Below, piece by piece: positions 1 to 11,785 of a stretch of DNA of 64,000 nucleotides. Source of the DNA: Blastocladiella emersonii ATCC 22665 (taxonomy: Eukaryota; Fungi; Blastocladiomycota); the NCBI GenBank assembly GCA_025594325.1, contig JANHCV010000001.1:2914001-2978000 (forward strand), written 5' to 3'. The first letter of the stretch is position 1. Each line of letters opens with the position of its first letter. The notes under the pieces are model-generated. The model saw only the letters and a program-made list of their open reading frames with translations. It did not search any database and was not told where the DNA came from. The translations under genes and the position numbers were made by a program.

Positions 1-1091
1 AGCTGCGCGCCATGTTCACGTACCTCAGCACGTCCGACTGGTCGGCCGTCATGTACGAGGACCTCGAGCCGCACGAGAAGCTGCTAGTCGCGCTACGGTA
101 CTTTGACGACGCGCAGCTGCTCGACTACACGGACACGGCGGCCGACGTGGCGGTGCGCGAGGGCGACCTGCAGGGGATCCTGTTCACGGGGCTCTCGCCC
201 GAGGGCGTCGAACTGTTCGTCCGCTACGTCGACAACACGGCCGACTTCCAGACCGCCGCCGTCGCGCTCTCGTTCGCGATCCCGCGCCGGTTCAAGGACC
301 CGCGCGTCCAGGTCTGGGTCGACGAGTACCGCGACTTCCTCGACCGCCAGCAGCTGTTCCACGTGCGCGCGCACTTCGACATTGCCGCGACGCGCGCCGC
401 CGGGCCCGAGAACGCAGACATCGCGCCGCAGATCCACGTCCGGTGCAACTTCTGCAACCAGAGCATCGCCCAGTCCGTGTTCCTCCCCGGGATCAAGGAC
501 CGCGACGGCCGACGCGTCACGCTCCAGGCTAGCGGCGGCGTCGGCCCGGGCGGCGGCGGTGGGGGACCCGGCGGGCCCGGCGGGTCCGCGGCGAACCCGC
601 GGCTCAAGGCCACCGCGTGCCCGAACTGCCGCAAGGCGCTCCCGCGATGCGCGCTGTGTCTGCTCAGCATGGGCACGCCGCTCGACTCGCGCCGCGGCGG
701 CGCTGGCGCTACCCTCGCTGCTCTCGTGGGCGCGGGCGGCAGCGTCGTCGGCGGGAACCTCGGCGCTGGCGCGAGCCCGCGGTTCGGCCACGGCCACGGC
801 GGGCACCACGCGCACCTGCACGGTGGTCACTTCAACCCGCTCAGCCCGTCACCCGTGCCCTCGCCCATGACGCCGTCGGGCGTGCTTGGCGGCAGCACAA
901 ACGCGGGAGCTGTGGCGGCGGCGGCACCCGCGGCGGGAGCAGGGCCGGGTGCAATCGCAGGGTTCGAGTCGTGGTTTACGTGGTGCCAGACGTGTCGCCA
1001 TGGTGGGCATGCGGGGCATATCATGCAGTGGTTCGCCAAGCACACGCGGTGTCCCGTCGCCGACTGCGACTGTCGCTGTTTGATGTTGTAG
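1..1091 (+). CDS. SEA4: GATOR2/SEACAT subunit Sea4/MIOS, 3' part (5' end lies outside the window)
   Basis: The C-terminal Zn-ribbon/RING (VRCNFC...CPNCRKALPRCALC...WFTWCQTCRHGGH...WF...CPVADCDCRC) and the preceding helical region (LRYFDDAQL...GDLQGILFTGL) are typical of MIOS/Sea4. Stop TAG at 1089-1091. Confidence 0.9.
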   Translation, partial: LRAMFTYLSTSDWSAVMYEDLEPHEKLLVALRYFDDAQLLDYTDTAADVAVREGDLQGILFTGLSPEGVELFVRYVDNTADFQTAAVALSFAIPRRFKDPRVQVWVDEYRDFLDRQQLFHVRAHFDIAATRAAGPENADIAPQIHVRCNFCNQSIAQSVFLPGIKDRDGRRVTLQASGGVGPGGGGGGPGGPGGSAANPRLKATACPNCRKALPRCALCLLSMGTPLDSRRGGAGATLAALVGAGGSVVGGNLGAGASPRFGHGHGGHHAHLHGGHFNPLSPSPVPSPMTPSGVLGGSTNAGAVAAAAPAAGAGPGAIAGFESWFTWCQTCRHGGHAGHIMQWFAKHTRCPVADCDCRCLML

Positions 1092-1307
1092 CGAGAAACA
1101 AGAGATACACGTTCATATCGCGATCGTTCCGTCTGCTCTCATCGGAGGTGAGCTTCACGGCCGCAACGGGGAGCTGAGCCACAACCCGCTGCGCCACTGC
1201 GCGAGGATGAACAACGCGACCGACCGCTTGGAGCAGAGCAGACTAGAGATTCGAAGAAAAGAGGGTACATATCAACTGACACGCATAAATAAAGCACACG
1301 ACGAGGC

Positions 1308-4042
1308 CTAGTTGATCCTCGCCTTCGGGTCCCTGGACATGAACGCGCGGTAAACCTTCTCCGAGCTGGCCCTGCCGACCTTGTCGATCCGCGTGAGCAG
1401 GAGCGGCGCGCCCGCGGGGTCGGCCTCGTACGCCGCGTAGAGCGACATGACCGTTGGGTACACGCCCACGATTTTCCCCGCCGTGGCCTCCGTGATGCCC
1501 TTGATCTCGGCGAGTCCGTTGCGGAAGCTCTCGGTCGGCGTCTTGCCCTTCTTGCTCGTCACGTCGACGCACACGGTCTCCTGGTCCGTCTCCGCGGGAG
1601 GCCGGATGCTACACGGCGACGACGAGTCAGTCTGCGTGGATCAAGCGCGAGAAAGGAGTGCAAAGCGTACTGGTACGGGCGGCGGCCAACCTCGCACGTG
1701 AACCGGGCGAGGTACTCGAGCGTCTCCTTGCGCGAGTGCGTGTGCAGAACCTTGATGCCGTACGCGAGGACCCAGTCGTTGATGAGGTCGGGCACGCGCT
1801 GCCAGCCGAGCGCGTCGGGGATCTCGGTCGCGCCGTGGTAGTGCGGGTTGGTGGGGTTGCTGTTGTTGATGGCCACCCGGTTCGACTTGTGCTCCTTGTG
1901 GCGACGCTCCTTGAGCCACGCGTCGAGGTTCTCGACGAGAACGATGCACTTGGCGGTGCGGCGGTACTCAGCGAGCATGTGCGGCACCGCACCGCGCGGG
2001 TTCTCGATGACGAGCTCGCCGAGGTCGTCGCCGTTGAACAGGAGCATCACGTTGGGCTCCACGGTCACGATCGGCTCGCGTGTCGGCTGCCAGTACTTGT
2101 GCGTCGGGTCGAAGACGCGCCACGTGGTGCGCTGCCACACGAGGCCGTACATGGGCACGCCGTCGTTGGTGATCGTGACCTTGGCGCCCGTCTCCCTGAT
2201 GGTGGCAGTGACTTCATCGAACGGGACGAGCCGGCTAGCGAGGCTCGAGTGCAAGAAGGCCGTCAGCTCGCTCGCGCCCTCCTTGGTGCTGACCTCCTTG
2301 TTGGCCTGCGTGAACAGCTACAGCGAGGGGAGGAGCAGTCAGTGAAGGAGTGCCGGGTCGATGCGCACCGCGAGCACGTACCTTGCGCGTCTCCGAGTCA
2401 ATCTGCTTCTTCTGCTTCTTCCGCTCGCTCTCGAGCGCCTTGGCCTCCTCGCGCTCCTTGCGCTTACGCTCGGTTTCGGCAGCCTATACATGAGCGAGCA
2501 ACCGTTAGTGCTGGAGGCGTGTTGGGATGTTCAAAGTCAGCGAACCTTGCGCTCCTTCTGCAACTCAGGCTGCGGCTGCGGAGCGAGAGCCGCGGGTTGG
2601 CGCTGCGACTGCGGGGCAAGAGCCGCCGTTTGCCGTTGCGCCTGCGGCGCGAGGGCAGGAGGTTGGCGTTGCGGAGGCGGCGGAGCGAGCGCGGCGGGCT
2701 GCCGCTGCTGCTGGGGCTGGAGCTGAGGCGGCGCGGCCAACTTCTTGGGCTGCTTCGCCGGCGAAGGTGCACGCATCGGCGGCGGAACCGGCTTGTGCGC
2801 GGGTAGCGACGGCGAGGGCGCTATGGAGGGCGGCTTCGCAGTCATCGCCTGCTGCAACTGCGCCTGCGACTGGAACTGCGAGGCCGAGCCCGACAGCCGC
2901 TTGGACGTCGGGCGCGGCGGTGCGGGCGACGCATACGGCTGCTGCTGCTGCTGTGGCGCGAGCTGCGACTGCGCCGCGCGGAGCGCGGGCGGCGTGTGCT
3001 GCGACAGGGTCGGCTGCGACGTCTGCGACGGCTGCGGCGTAGGTTCTTGGCGGATAGCGGCGCCGCCCGTGATGAGCGGCGAGGCCATGGGCATCGGCGG
3101 CGGCGGGCCCGACGCGTAGGCCATCGGCATCGGCTGCTGGTACGGCAGCTGGTACGGGTACTGCGCCGCCGGTTGCTGCTGGCCGGGGTAGGGCCAGCCG
3201 GGCGCGGGGGCGGGCATGGCGCCCGGGTGCGCGGGCTGCTGCGGGTAGTAGTAGTACCCGGCCTGCGGCGGCGGCGGCGCGGGACCGGCCGGGTACGCTG
3301 CGTAGCCCGGCGTCATGCCGGGAGGCGGCGGCGGCGGCTGGTGCGCGTAGTACTGCGGGTGCCCGTACGGGTACTGGGCCTGCGGCGGCGGCGGACCATA
3401 CCACGCGCCGGCCTGCGGGTGCGGCGGATACGCCATCCCCGCGGGAGATGCGGTGGAGTGATGCGTCAAGGGCAGCACGGGAGGCGTTTGGCTCGGAAAC
3501 GATTGCTGCTGCTGCTGCTGCTCATCGACCTCCATGGCCTCCTCGACATCATCGTCGTCGTCGTCGCTGATCACGATGGCCGCGTCGTTGGACTGCGACT
3601 GCGAGTTGAGCAGGCTGATCCGTTTCGGCTGCGGCGGCGGCGGCGGCGACACGGACGACGACGCGAGGTTCATCCGGTGAGGCTCGGCCGGGCGCGGCGG
3701 CAGCGGGGCACGCGGCGGCGACGGGGGCCGCGGCTCGGGTGGCGGGCTCGGCGTGCACAGATCAACGGACTCGACGTTGGCGGGCGCCGGGACGAGAGCA
3801 GGAACTGAGGGCGCACGGGGCGCGCGGGGCGCGGGCGTCGGAACCAGCGGTGGCGAGTCGGGAATAGTGAGCGAGATGGGCCCGTGCGGAGGCTGCTGCT
3901 GCATCGCGGGGCGCGGGACGGGCGCGGCGCGAGCGCCCGTGACGCTGACGACCTGGATGTCATCGTCATCACTCGAAGCGCCGCCACCCAAGTCGGCGTA
4001 GGCGTCCTGCGAGTCCTCGATGTAGAAGACTTGGTTGGACAT
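1308..4042 (-). CDS. EME1: Mus81 partner EME1/Mms4-like structure-specific endonuclease subunit (multi-exon)
   Basis: Long P/Q-rich N-terminus from ATG 4042, intron 2484-2545 (AAG|GTTCGC...TATAG), an inactive ERCC4-like domain (CIVLVENLDAW...YGIKVLHTHSRKETLEYLARFTCEVGRRPY), and a C-terminal HhH2 (GLAEIKGITEATAGKIVGVYPT...KVGRASSEKVY). Confidence 0.8.
2575..2710 (-). repeat. Four imperfect coding tandem repeats (about 33 nt; QRQPAALAP-like) in the EME1 N-terminal region
   Basis: Translation reads QRQPAALAPPPP-QRQPPALAPQA-QRQTAALAPQS-QRQPAALAPQP. Confidence 0.8.
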
Positions 4043-4194
4043 TGCGTCAAGTCTGGAGGGCCGTTGGGGCCAGTTACATGAGCTTCGTCGTGGCAGGCAG
4101 GAGCGGAAGCAGGAGGTGAGGCTGAGTCGGCACTCGACTTGAGCGACCGACCTGCAGGACCGCGCCGCGCCTCCGCCACGGCGACCGGCACACC

Positions 4195-5773
4195 ATGAAG
4201 CTCCGCATCGCAACGTGGAACGTCAACGGTACCCGCCGCAACTCATGGATCTGATGAATGTGCGGCGCTGACTCGCGCTCGGGCAGGCCTTCGCCGCGTT
4301 GGCGGGCTGACGCGTGGTCATGTCTTTCCGTCGAGTCACTCCTCGGACACCACGCCCGTGTCGATCCCGTCGCTCATGGCGGACCTCGGCTGCGACGTGT
4401 TGTGCGTGCAGGAGACCAAGCTTGCGCACGGCGCGCCGCTGGACGCCGCGCTCGCCGTGTTTCCGCGCCACGACGCCTACTTTGCGCGGTGCCGGCGCGC
4501 CCCAACCGCCGTGGCCGCGCGCATGGGCTACTCGGGCGTTGCCACCTTTGCCGACGCGCGGCTGCCCGTCTCGGCGGCGCAGGACGGCCTCATCGCCGTC
4601 GAAGGACCCGACACACGCCCGCTCGTGGCCGTCGACCCGGCGCTCGTCCCGGTCCCGGCCGTGGACGGCGAGGGTCGTACCGTGGTCATCGACCTCGGCG
4701 CGTTTGTCCTGATCAACACTTACTGCCCGTGTGCTTCAATCGATGACGCGACCGCGGGCGAGGACACGGGCGGGCCGGCGCGGTGGGCGGCCAAGTCGGC
4801 GTACCACGTAGTGCTGCTCGCGGCCGTGCACCATCTCGTTGTCGTGGCCGGCCGCGAGGTCGTGCTCGTCGGCGACCTCAACATTGCGCACCGCCCGCTC
4901 GACCACTACGAGGCCGGCACCGTCCCGCCCGCCGAGTTTGCCGCGCACCCGTTCCGCTGCTGGCTCGACGACTTGCTCGCGCTTGGCCTCACCGACGCCT
5001 TCCGCGACGCGCATCCGGACGCCGTCGGCGCGTTTACGTGCTGGAACACGCGTCTCGACGCGCGCCGCGGCAACGCGGGCACGCGTATCGACTACATTCT
5101 CGTGTCGCGTGGGCTCTCGGGCCGCGTCACGGCGTGCGACGTGCGCCAGGATGTGTTCGGGTCGGACCACTGCCCCGTCGTCGTTGAGGTGGATCTCACC
5201 GGCGATCCGGATCTGGGCCTGTGGACCGAGCTCTCGCCGCGGCCCGTCAGCGAGGTCCCCGCGCTGTGCGCGAGACGCGCGCCCGAGTTTGCGGGCCGCG
5301 GCGGGCAGACTACGATCAAGGCGTGGTTCAAGCCCGTGGCCGCGGCCGCGGCGGCCAACGAGCGGCCATCGACGGACCGTGTCGCAGCGGCCGAGGAGAA
5401 GTTGAAGAAGCCGGTCCGTCCGTCCATGAAGCCGTCCGCATCACGACCACCGCCGCCAGCGATCCCGGCCAAGGAGCAGGCTTCGCTCACCGCGTTCCTC
5501 GCTGGTCCATCATCACCACCACCTCCTCCACCACCATCAACGCAGCCGCCGCCGGCCGCTGCTCCACGAAAAGCAGACGCCGAGGTCGCGCGCGCCGCGT
5601 GGTCGACGGTGTTCCGCGGGCCACCGCCGCCGCCCGTGTGCAGACATGGCGAGCCGAGCGTGTCGCGCGTCGTGACCAAGTCGGGCCCGACACACGGCCG
5701 CACGTTCTGGGTGTGCGCGCGGCCCGTCGGCGTCGGCGCCGAGTCGCAGTGTGACTTTTTCATGGTACCCTGA
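4195..5773 (+). CDS. APN2: AP endonuclease 2 (APE2/Apn2, ExoIII family) with C-terminal GRF zinc finger
   Basis: Starts MKLRIATWNVNG with an intron at 4229-4286. Motifs: LCVQETK, GYSGVA, GDLNIAH, FTCWNTRLDARRGNAGTRIDY, GSDHCPV, a PIP-like QTTIKAWF, and GRF-ZF CRHGEP...GRTFWVCARP...CDFF. Confidence 0.95.
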
Positions 5774-5917
5774 TCCCGCCGGTTGGGCATGACCAGATCA
5801 CTGACGATTTTGTTGATGTAGTGGGACAAGTCGAGGCCGAAAAAGAAGTGAAGGGATATCGGGACATTTATATACGCCTGCTCTCGAACGGGCAGAGTCG
5901 AGTAGTCGTCGACCGTC

Positions 5918-6773
<856 letters not shown>

Positions 6774-7237
6774 TCCGTCCCGATCAACACCGCCATCATT
6801 CTGTATTCCTCCCTCCCCGACTCGCACTCACTATACCTATCGCTGTTCTGCTCAACTGATTGAATAATCGTCGCGAATGCCGCTTCTCGTTCCAAGCACT
6901 TTGATCTCCAAGCAGAGCACACGTCGAATATTCGGCGCAAAAAAGGTGGAGCGGGGCTCGAAGCAAAAGCTAAGCGCTCCGACGCAACGCAGGCGGCGGG
7001 ACCTTGCGGGGGTCCGGGGTCCTACGTGTTCTAGCTCACTCGACTCAGTGCGGGGCTGTTTTCAGGCGCGCGCCATCGCCTAAGTGGGGCACGGCGGCAC
7101 TCCCGCTGCAGCCGCGCGAGACACCTGCACGTGAAGTTCAAGCGCACGTGACATCGCGACGCGTCCATCAACGCGTCCTGCTCGCTGCTTGACGTATTCG
7201 GCCTTGAAAGTGTCATCACGATAACGGGAATGGTTGG

Positions 7238-7790
7238 CGCGCTGAGTGCGAAGCGCCCGCCTGAGTTTGCGAGTCGCGGCAAGCAGGCCACGATAAAGGC
7301 CCGGCGGCCGTAGTGGCCACGGCGGTCAACAAGCGGCCATTGACGGACGGACCGCATTGCGGCGGCCGAGGAGAACTTGAAAAAGACGGCTCGCGCGTCC
7401 TTGAAGTCGCTTGCTTCGCGACCACCACTATCGATCCCGGCCAAGAGGCAATCGTCGCTCACAGCGCTCCTCGCCCGCCCATTGCCGTCAACGGCTTCTT
7501 CTCCACCAGAGCAGCATCCGACGCCCACCAACACCGAAGCTGGATGATGAGGCGGCACGCGCCGAGTGGTCGACCGTGTTCCGCGGACCGCCGCCACCGT
7601 TTTGTGCCGACACGGTGAGCCAAGCGCGTCGCGCGTCGTGACCAAGTTGGCGCCGCGGGTGCACGCAATGGGTGTGTGCGCGGCCGTTAGCGTTGGTGCC
7701 GATGCGCAGTGCGACTTCTTCACCGCCTGTTTACCCCGTCCGCTGAAAACGGCCAGATCACCGACACTCACACTTCAATGATGTAGGGGG
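7238..7790 (+). pseudogene. Degenerate copy of the APN2 3' end (PIP region, GRF-ZF and start of the 3' UTR)
   Basis: Collinear with about 5260-5825, e.g. cccgagtttgcg/cctgagtttgcg, gtggtcgaccgtgttccgcgg, gcgcgtcgtgaccaag, and the post-stop ccagatcac...gatgtag. It carries frameshifts and stops and lacks the catalytic domain. Confidence 0.9.
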
Positions 7791-7870
7791 GCAGGAAGAG
7801 GCAGACGAGTGAGGGGGATAACTGTGCATGTATATACGACTACTTCCAACCTACCGACCAGCTCGACCGG

Positions 7871-9166
7871 CTACGACTGCTTGCCCTGCTGCGCGGCCTT
7901 CTGCTGCGCCGACCACAAGCGGATGCGCATCGACAGGATCTTGATGAAGCCCTCCGAGTCCTGCGGGTTGAAGCTCCAGGCGCCGGCGCCGGCGTCCGAC
8001 AGCGACGAGTCCATGGACGCGAGCTCGGCGTTGTACAGGCACGTCTTGGGGTGGAGCGCCTTGCGGCCGAGGATCGTGACGCAGCCCTGGCGGAGGTTGA
8101 GGCGGACGCGGCCCGAGATGTTGCCCTGGGTGCTGGCGATGGCGTCGAGCATGACCTTGGTCTCGGGCGCGAAGTGGAAGCCGTTGTACCACTTCTCGGC
8201 CAGCTTGAAGGACAGCTCGTCGCGCAGCTTGCGCACCTCGCGGTCCATGGTCAGGCCCTCGAGGTCCTTGTGCGCCTTGACGAGAATCGTGCCGCCAGGC
8301 GTCTCGTAGCAGCCGCGCGATTTCAGTCCGATGAAGCGGTTCTCGACGATATCGATGCGGCCGATCCCGTTGCGGCGGCCGAGCGTGTTGAGGTACAGGA
8401 ACAGGGCGAGCGGGTCCGAGCCTTCGGCGGCCGCGGCCGCGGGGACCGAGGTGCCGTCCGACAGGTTCTCGACGCGCACGGGCACGCCGGCGACGAAATC
8501 GATGGCGATCTTCTCGCCGGCCGCGGGCGCATCCTCGGGGTTGACGGTGAGCTGCCAGTCGTGGAACGACACGTCGGGGTCCTCGAGCACGCCGGCCTCG
8601 TACGAGATGTGGTAGAGGTTCTCGTCGGTGGAGAAGGGCTTGGCCTTGGTCTGGGTGACGGGGATGCCCTTGAGGGCGGCGTAGTCGAGCAGGGCCTGGC
8701 GGCCGGCGAAGCGGTTGAAGAACTCGGGGATGCGCCACGGCGTGATCACCTTGATGGACGGCTGCAGCGCGTAGTAGCCGAGCTCGAAGCGGACCTGGTC
8801 GTTGCCCTTGCCCGTGCACCCGTGCGACACGTAGTCGCACTTCTCCTGCTTGGCCACCTCGATCTGCGCCTCGCAGATGACGGGGCGCGCCAACGATGTG
8901 CCGAGCAGGTAGTCGTTCTCGTACGACGCGTTGGCCTGGACCGCCGGGAACACGACGTCGGTCACAAACTTCTTGCGCACGTCCTTGATGTGCACCGCCT
9001 TGGCGCCGACCTTGAGCGCCTTGGCGCGCGCCGCCTCGAAGTCCTCCTCTTGGCCGACGTCGGCCATGAACGCGACCACCTCGTAGCCCTCGTCGATGAG
9101 CCACGCGAGAATGCAGCTGGTGTCGAGGCCGCCCGAGTAGGCGAGGCAGACGCGACCCTTGGACAT
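7871..9166 (-). CDS. ARG1: Argininosuccinate synthase (intronless, 431 aa)
   Basis: CLAYSGGLDTS PP-loop, YLLGTSLARP, SHGCTGKGNDQVRFE, STDENLYHISYEAG, ENRFIGLKSRGCYETPGGT. Confidence 0.98.
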   Translation of the reverse strand: MSKGRVCLAYSGGLDTSCILAWLIDEGYEVVAFMADVGQEEDFEAARAKALKVGAKAVHIKDVRKKFVTDVVFPAVQANASYENDYLLGTSLARPVICEAQIEVAKQEKCDYVSHGCTGKGNDQVRFELGYYALQPSIKVITPWRIPEFFNRFAGRQALLDYAALKGIPVTQTKAKPFSTDENLYHISYEAGVLEDPDVSFHDWQLTVNPEDAPAAGEKIAIDFVAGVPVRVENLSDGTSVPAAAAAEGSDPLALFLYLNTLGRRNGIGRIDIVENRFIGLKSRGCYETPGGTILVKAHKDLEGLTMDREVRKLRDELSFKLAEKWYNGFHFAPETKVMLDAIASTQGNISGRVRLNLRQGCVTILGRKALHPKTCLYNAELASMDSSLSDAGAGAWSFNPQDSEGFIKILSMRIRLWSAQQKAAQQGKQS

Positions 9167-9285
9167 GGTGGTGGTCGTGGTGGTAGTGGTTGTTGATGCG
9201 TAGTGGAGGTCGCGTAGCGAGGCGACTGGTGGAATGGATCCGTGGTACCGAGAGCGAGTGAGGGAGGACGGGGCAGCGGCCGCTC

Positions 9286-9291
9286 TTTATA
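9286..9291 (-). promoter_or_regulatory. TATA box of ARG1
   Basis: TATAAA on the minus strand, 120 nt upstream of the ARG1 ATG, in an otherwise GC-rich promoter. Confidence 0.55.
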
Positions 9292-9601
9292 GTCGGCGGG
9301 CGTGGGAGTGCGGGTGCCCTTCCGCGACGGCAGCAGTGACGCGCGGCCGCTGCGTTCCTAGCGCGACACGCGAGCCGGCGCCCCCCGATGCCCCGACAAG
9401 GCGAGATAACCGGGATCTCGCAGCGGAAAACGTGACCGGACTCACAGATTTCCGATATCGCCCGCGGCAAGCCTCGCGCCCGCTTGATCTGCAGCCAATG
9501 GATGCGCTCGCTCGAATCACCGACGCGGCGCTCACGGCGATCTCGGCCAATCACGCGAAGAGATCAGACACGTCCATTGAATGATATAATTATACACTGC
9601 A

Positions 9602-11557
9602 TCATGGGGTCCGCGCAACCGTTCCCGCCGCCGCTGCTGGTGCCGCGGGACCGCCGGAGAAGCCCGCGGGAGGAGTATGACTCCGCCGCGGCGGCGGGGC
9701 CTCCGAGCCGGGCGGCGTGACCGAGGACGACGACGAGGACGACGGGTGCAGCTCGTCCTGCTCGCGGTAGTCGTGGCGCGAGTGTTGGTGGTGGTGATGG
9801 TGCGCGCGCGGGTGCTGATCCGGCCGGTAGTCGGCGAACTGCATCGACCCCGACGCGGCCGACTGGCCCTGCTGCTGCTGCTGCTGGTGGTGGTGATGCG
9901 GCGGCGGCGGGTGATGTCGATAGTAGTGCTGATTCGGGTACTGCTGTACGACGGCCGTGTCAGGGGTCGGCGGGAGCGGCGTCGCGGAGGTGCTCGCGCC
10001 GCTGTCGCTGGGCGTGACCATGTACGCGCCGGATCCAGGTCCCGATCCCGCCGCGGGCGGCATCTGCTGCGGCGGCGGTTGCTGCTGGAACACGGCGGCG
10101 CCCGTGGCGTGGATGGACCCGAGGATCCCGAGCGTGTGCAGGAGGCGGTCCTCAAGGAAGGCGACGCGCGCCTTGAGCTCGGCCTCCTTGGACTCCCAAT
10201 TGCGGCGGTCGGTGCGGCACTGGTGCAGCTCGGCCGCCAGCGTCTTGTTCTCGTCCTCGAGCTCGCGGCACCGCACCTCGAGCTCGCCCAGACGCTTGTT
10301 CTTGCGCTGCCGCGACCGCCGCGCCGCGTCCGTGTTGCGCGCGCGCTTCGCGGCTGCCGGATCGAGCGGTGGGCCGGGTGCCGGCGCGGGTGGTACTGGT
10401 GGTTGAGCAGCGACGGCCGCGGCCTCGGCAAAGTCGGCCGAGACGGGTACGGGCACGAGGACCATGGACGGCGCCGCAGCTGTCGATCCGGCGGCCGCCG
10501 CGTTGGCCGCGGCTGCTGCAGACTGGTACGCGAGCTGCTGCTGCTGGAGCTGCTGCTGGACGCGCTGCGGGTACGCGGACCGGCCGAGCGAGGCCGTCGA
10601 CGACGACGACGCGAAATGGCCGCCGGCCGCGTCGACCACGCTTGGGCCGCCGCCACTCGAACTCGACGTTCGCCGAACGGGCCCGCCGCTGTGCTGCGGC
10701 TGCTGCTGCGGGAGGAGCGGCGGCGGGATCACGCCGGCGGGCCAGGTCGCGTTGTTCATGAGCGCCTGCTGCTGTTGCTGCTGTTGCTGGATCTGCGGCT
10801 GAAGCGGGCGCGGGATCATGGCGGCGGGGTTCTGCTGACGGTTGGCCTGCTGCGCGTACATGGCCTCGGTCCCCCGCGGCGGCGACTGCTGCTGGTACGC
10901 GCCGCCCTGCCGAGCCGATGACGACGTGGTGGTGGTGGCGGCCATGAGGTCGAGCTCGCCCGTCGACTGCGCGGCGGATGGCGGCGGCGGGATCACCGAG
11001 CCCTGGTACCACGCGGCGGAGTTGTTGTTGTTGTTGTTGGCGCCCGCGGTGGCGCCCTGCGGCGGCGGCACGACGTTGTAGGTGCGGTACGTGGTCGACA
11101 GCTGCGGGCGCGCCGACTGCGCCTGCGCCTGCTGCTGCTGCGACTGCTGCTGCTGGAGGAGATACTGCTGCTGCTGGTACTGCTGCAGGCCGGGCGGCGG
11201 CGTGGAGAACAACATGCCCTCGGCCGACGGCGCGATCGCGGCGGCAGCACCTGGCTGGATGGGCAGGGACGACGCGGTGGGCGTGCCCGAGCCCGCCGCG
11301 TACCGGCCCGACGACGGCTGCTGCGACTGGACCGCGTACGCCGACGGCGAGAGCGACGGGCCCGACGAGGACGTGGCGGTGGCCATGGTCGCGGAGGAGG
11401 AGGGGACCGTGAGGTACTGCTGGAAGCCGATGGCGGGGACCGAGGCCGAGGCGTCCTCGTGCTGGTGATGTTGCTGCTGTTGCTGCTGCGACATGGTGGC
11501 CGCGGCTACTGCCAGGTACAGTGGGATCGTGAGGTGGTGGTCGCTGCTGGTGGACAT
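9602..11557 (-). CDS. bZIP transcription factor of the Gcn4/CpcA type, with Q-rich N-terminus and C-terminal extension
   Basis: Basic region PAAAKRARNTDAARRSRQRK versus yeast Gcn4 [20 protein letters not shown], followed by heptad leucines (LGELEVRCRELEDENKTL). Intronless. The start could also be ATG 11494. Confidence 0.85.
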   Translation of the reverse strand: MSTSSDHHLTIPLYLAVAAATMSQQQQQQHHQHEDASASVPAIGFQQYLTVPSSSATMATATSSSGPSLSPSAYAVQSQQPSSGRYAAGSGTPTASSLPIQPGAAAAIAPSAEGMLFSTPPPGLQQYQQQQYLLQQQQSQQQQAQAQSARPQLSTTYRTYNVVPPPQGATAGANNNNNNSAAWYQGSVIPPPPSAAQSTGELDLMAATTTTSSSARQGGAYQQQSPPRGTEAMYAQQANRQQNPAAMIPRPLQPQIQQQQQQQQALMNNATWPAGVIPPPLLPQQQPQHSGGPVRRTSSSSGGGPSVVDAAGGHFASSSSTASLGRSAYPQRVQQQLQQQQLAYQSAAAAANAAAAGSTAAAPSMVLVPVPVSADFAEAAAVAAQPPVPPAPAPGPPLDPAAAKRARNTDAARRSRQRKNKRLGELEVRCRELEDENKTLAAELHQCRTDRRNWESKEAELKARVAFLEDRLLHTLGILGSIHATGAAVFQQQPPPQQMPPAAGSGPGSGAYMVTPSDSGASTSATPLPPTPDTAVVQQYPNQHYYRHHPPPPHHHHQQQQQQGQSAASGSMQFADYRPDQHPRAHHHHHQHSRHDYREQDELHPSSSSSSSVTPPGSEAPPPRRSHTPPAGFSGGPAAPAAAAGTVARTP

Positions 11558-11777
11558 GGTCGCGGTCGTGGGCGGGTTTGTGCGCGAGCGCGAGGCAGCG
11601 GCCGTACCAGAAGGGTGGCGAAAATGGAGGTTGGACGCGCGTGGGCGGGCGATGACGCGTGTGTGATCAGGGCGACGCGCGGGGCGAGGTGATCCACGGG
11701 CAGGGCGAAAACCAGGGCACGCGGACTGGTTGGCGGGAAACCTGGATATGGGTCCCAGTCCTGAATGACGGGCGGCG

Positions 11778-11785
11778 TATATATA
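11778..11785 (-). promoter_or_regulatory. TATA element of the bZIP gene
   Basis: TATATATA about 220 nt upstream of ATG 11557, an isolated AT island in GC-rich sequence. Confidence 0.55.

Noticed and set aside
955-975. GGTTCGAGTC resembling a tRNA T-loop
   Set aside because: It lies within the SEA4 coding frame (GFESW), with no cloverleaf or A-box.
6999-7034. Small hairpin (GGACC...GGTCC) followed by CTAG, a possible Helitron 3' end explaining the ABC fragment
   Set aside because: The stem is only 5 bp, CTAG is followed by C rather than T, and no matching 5' TC end was identified.
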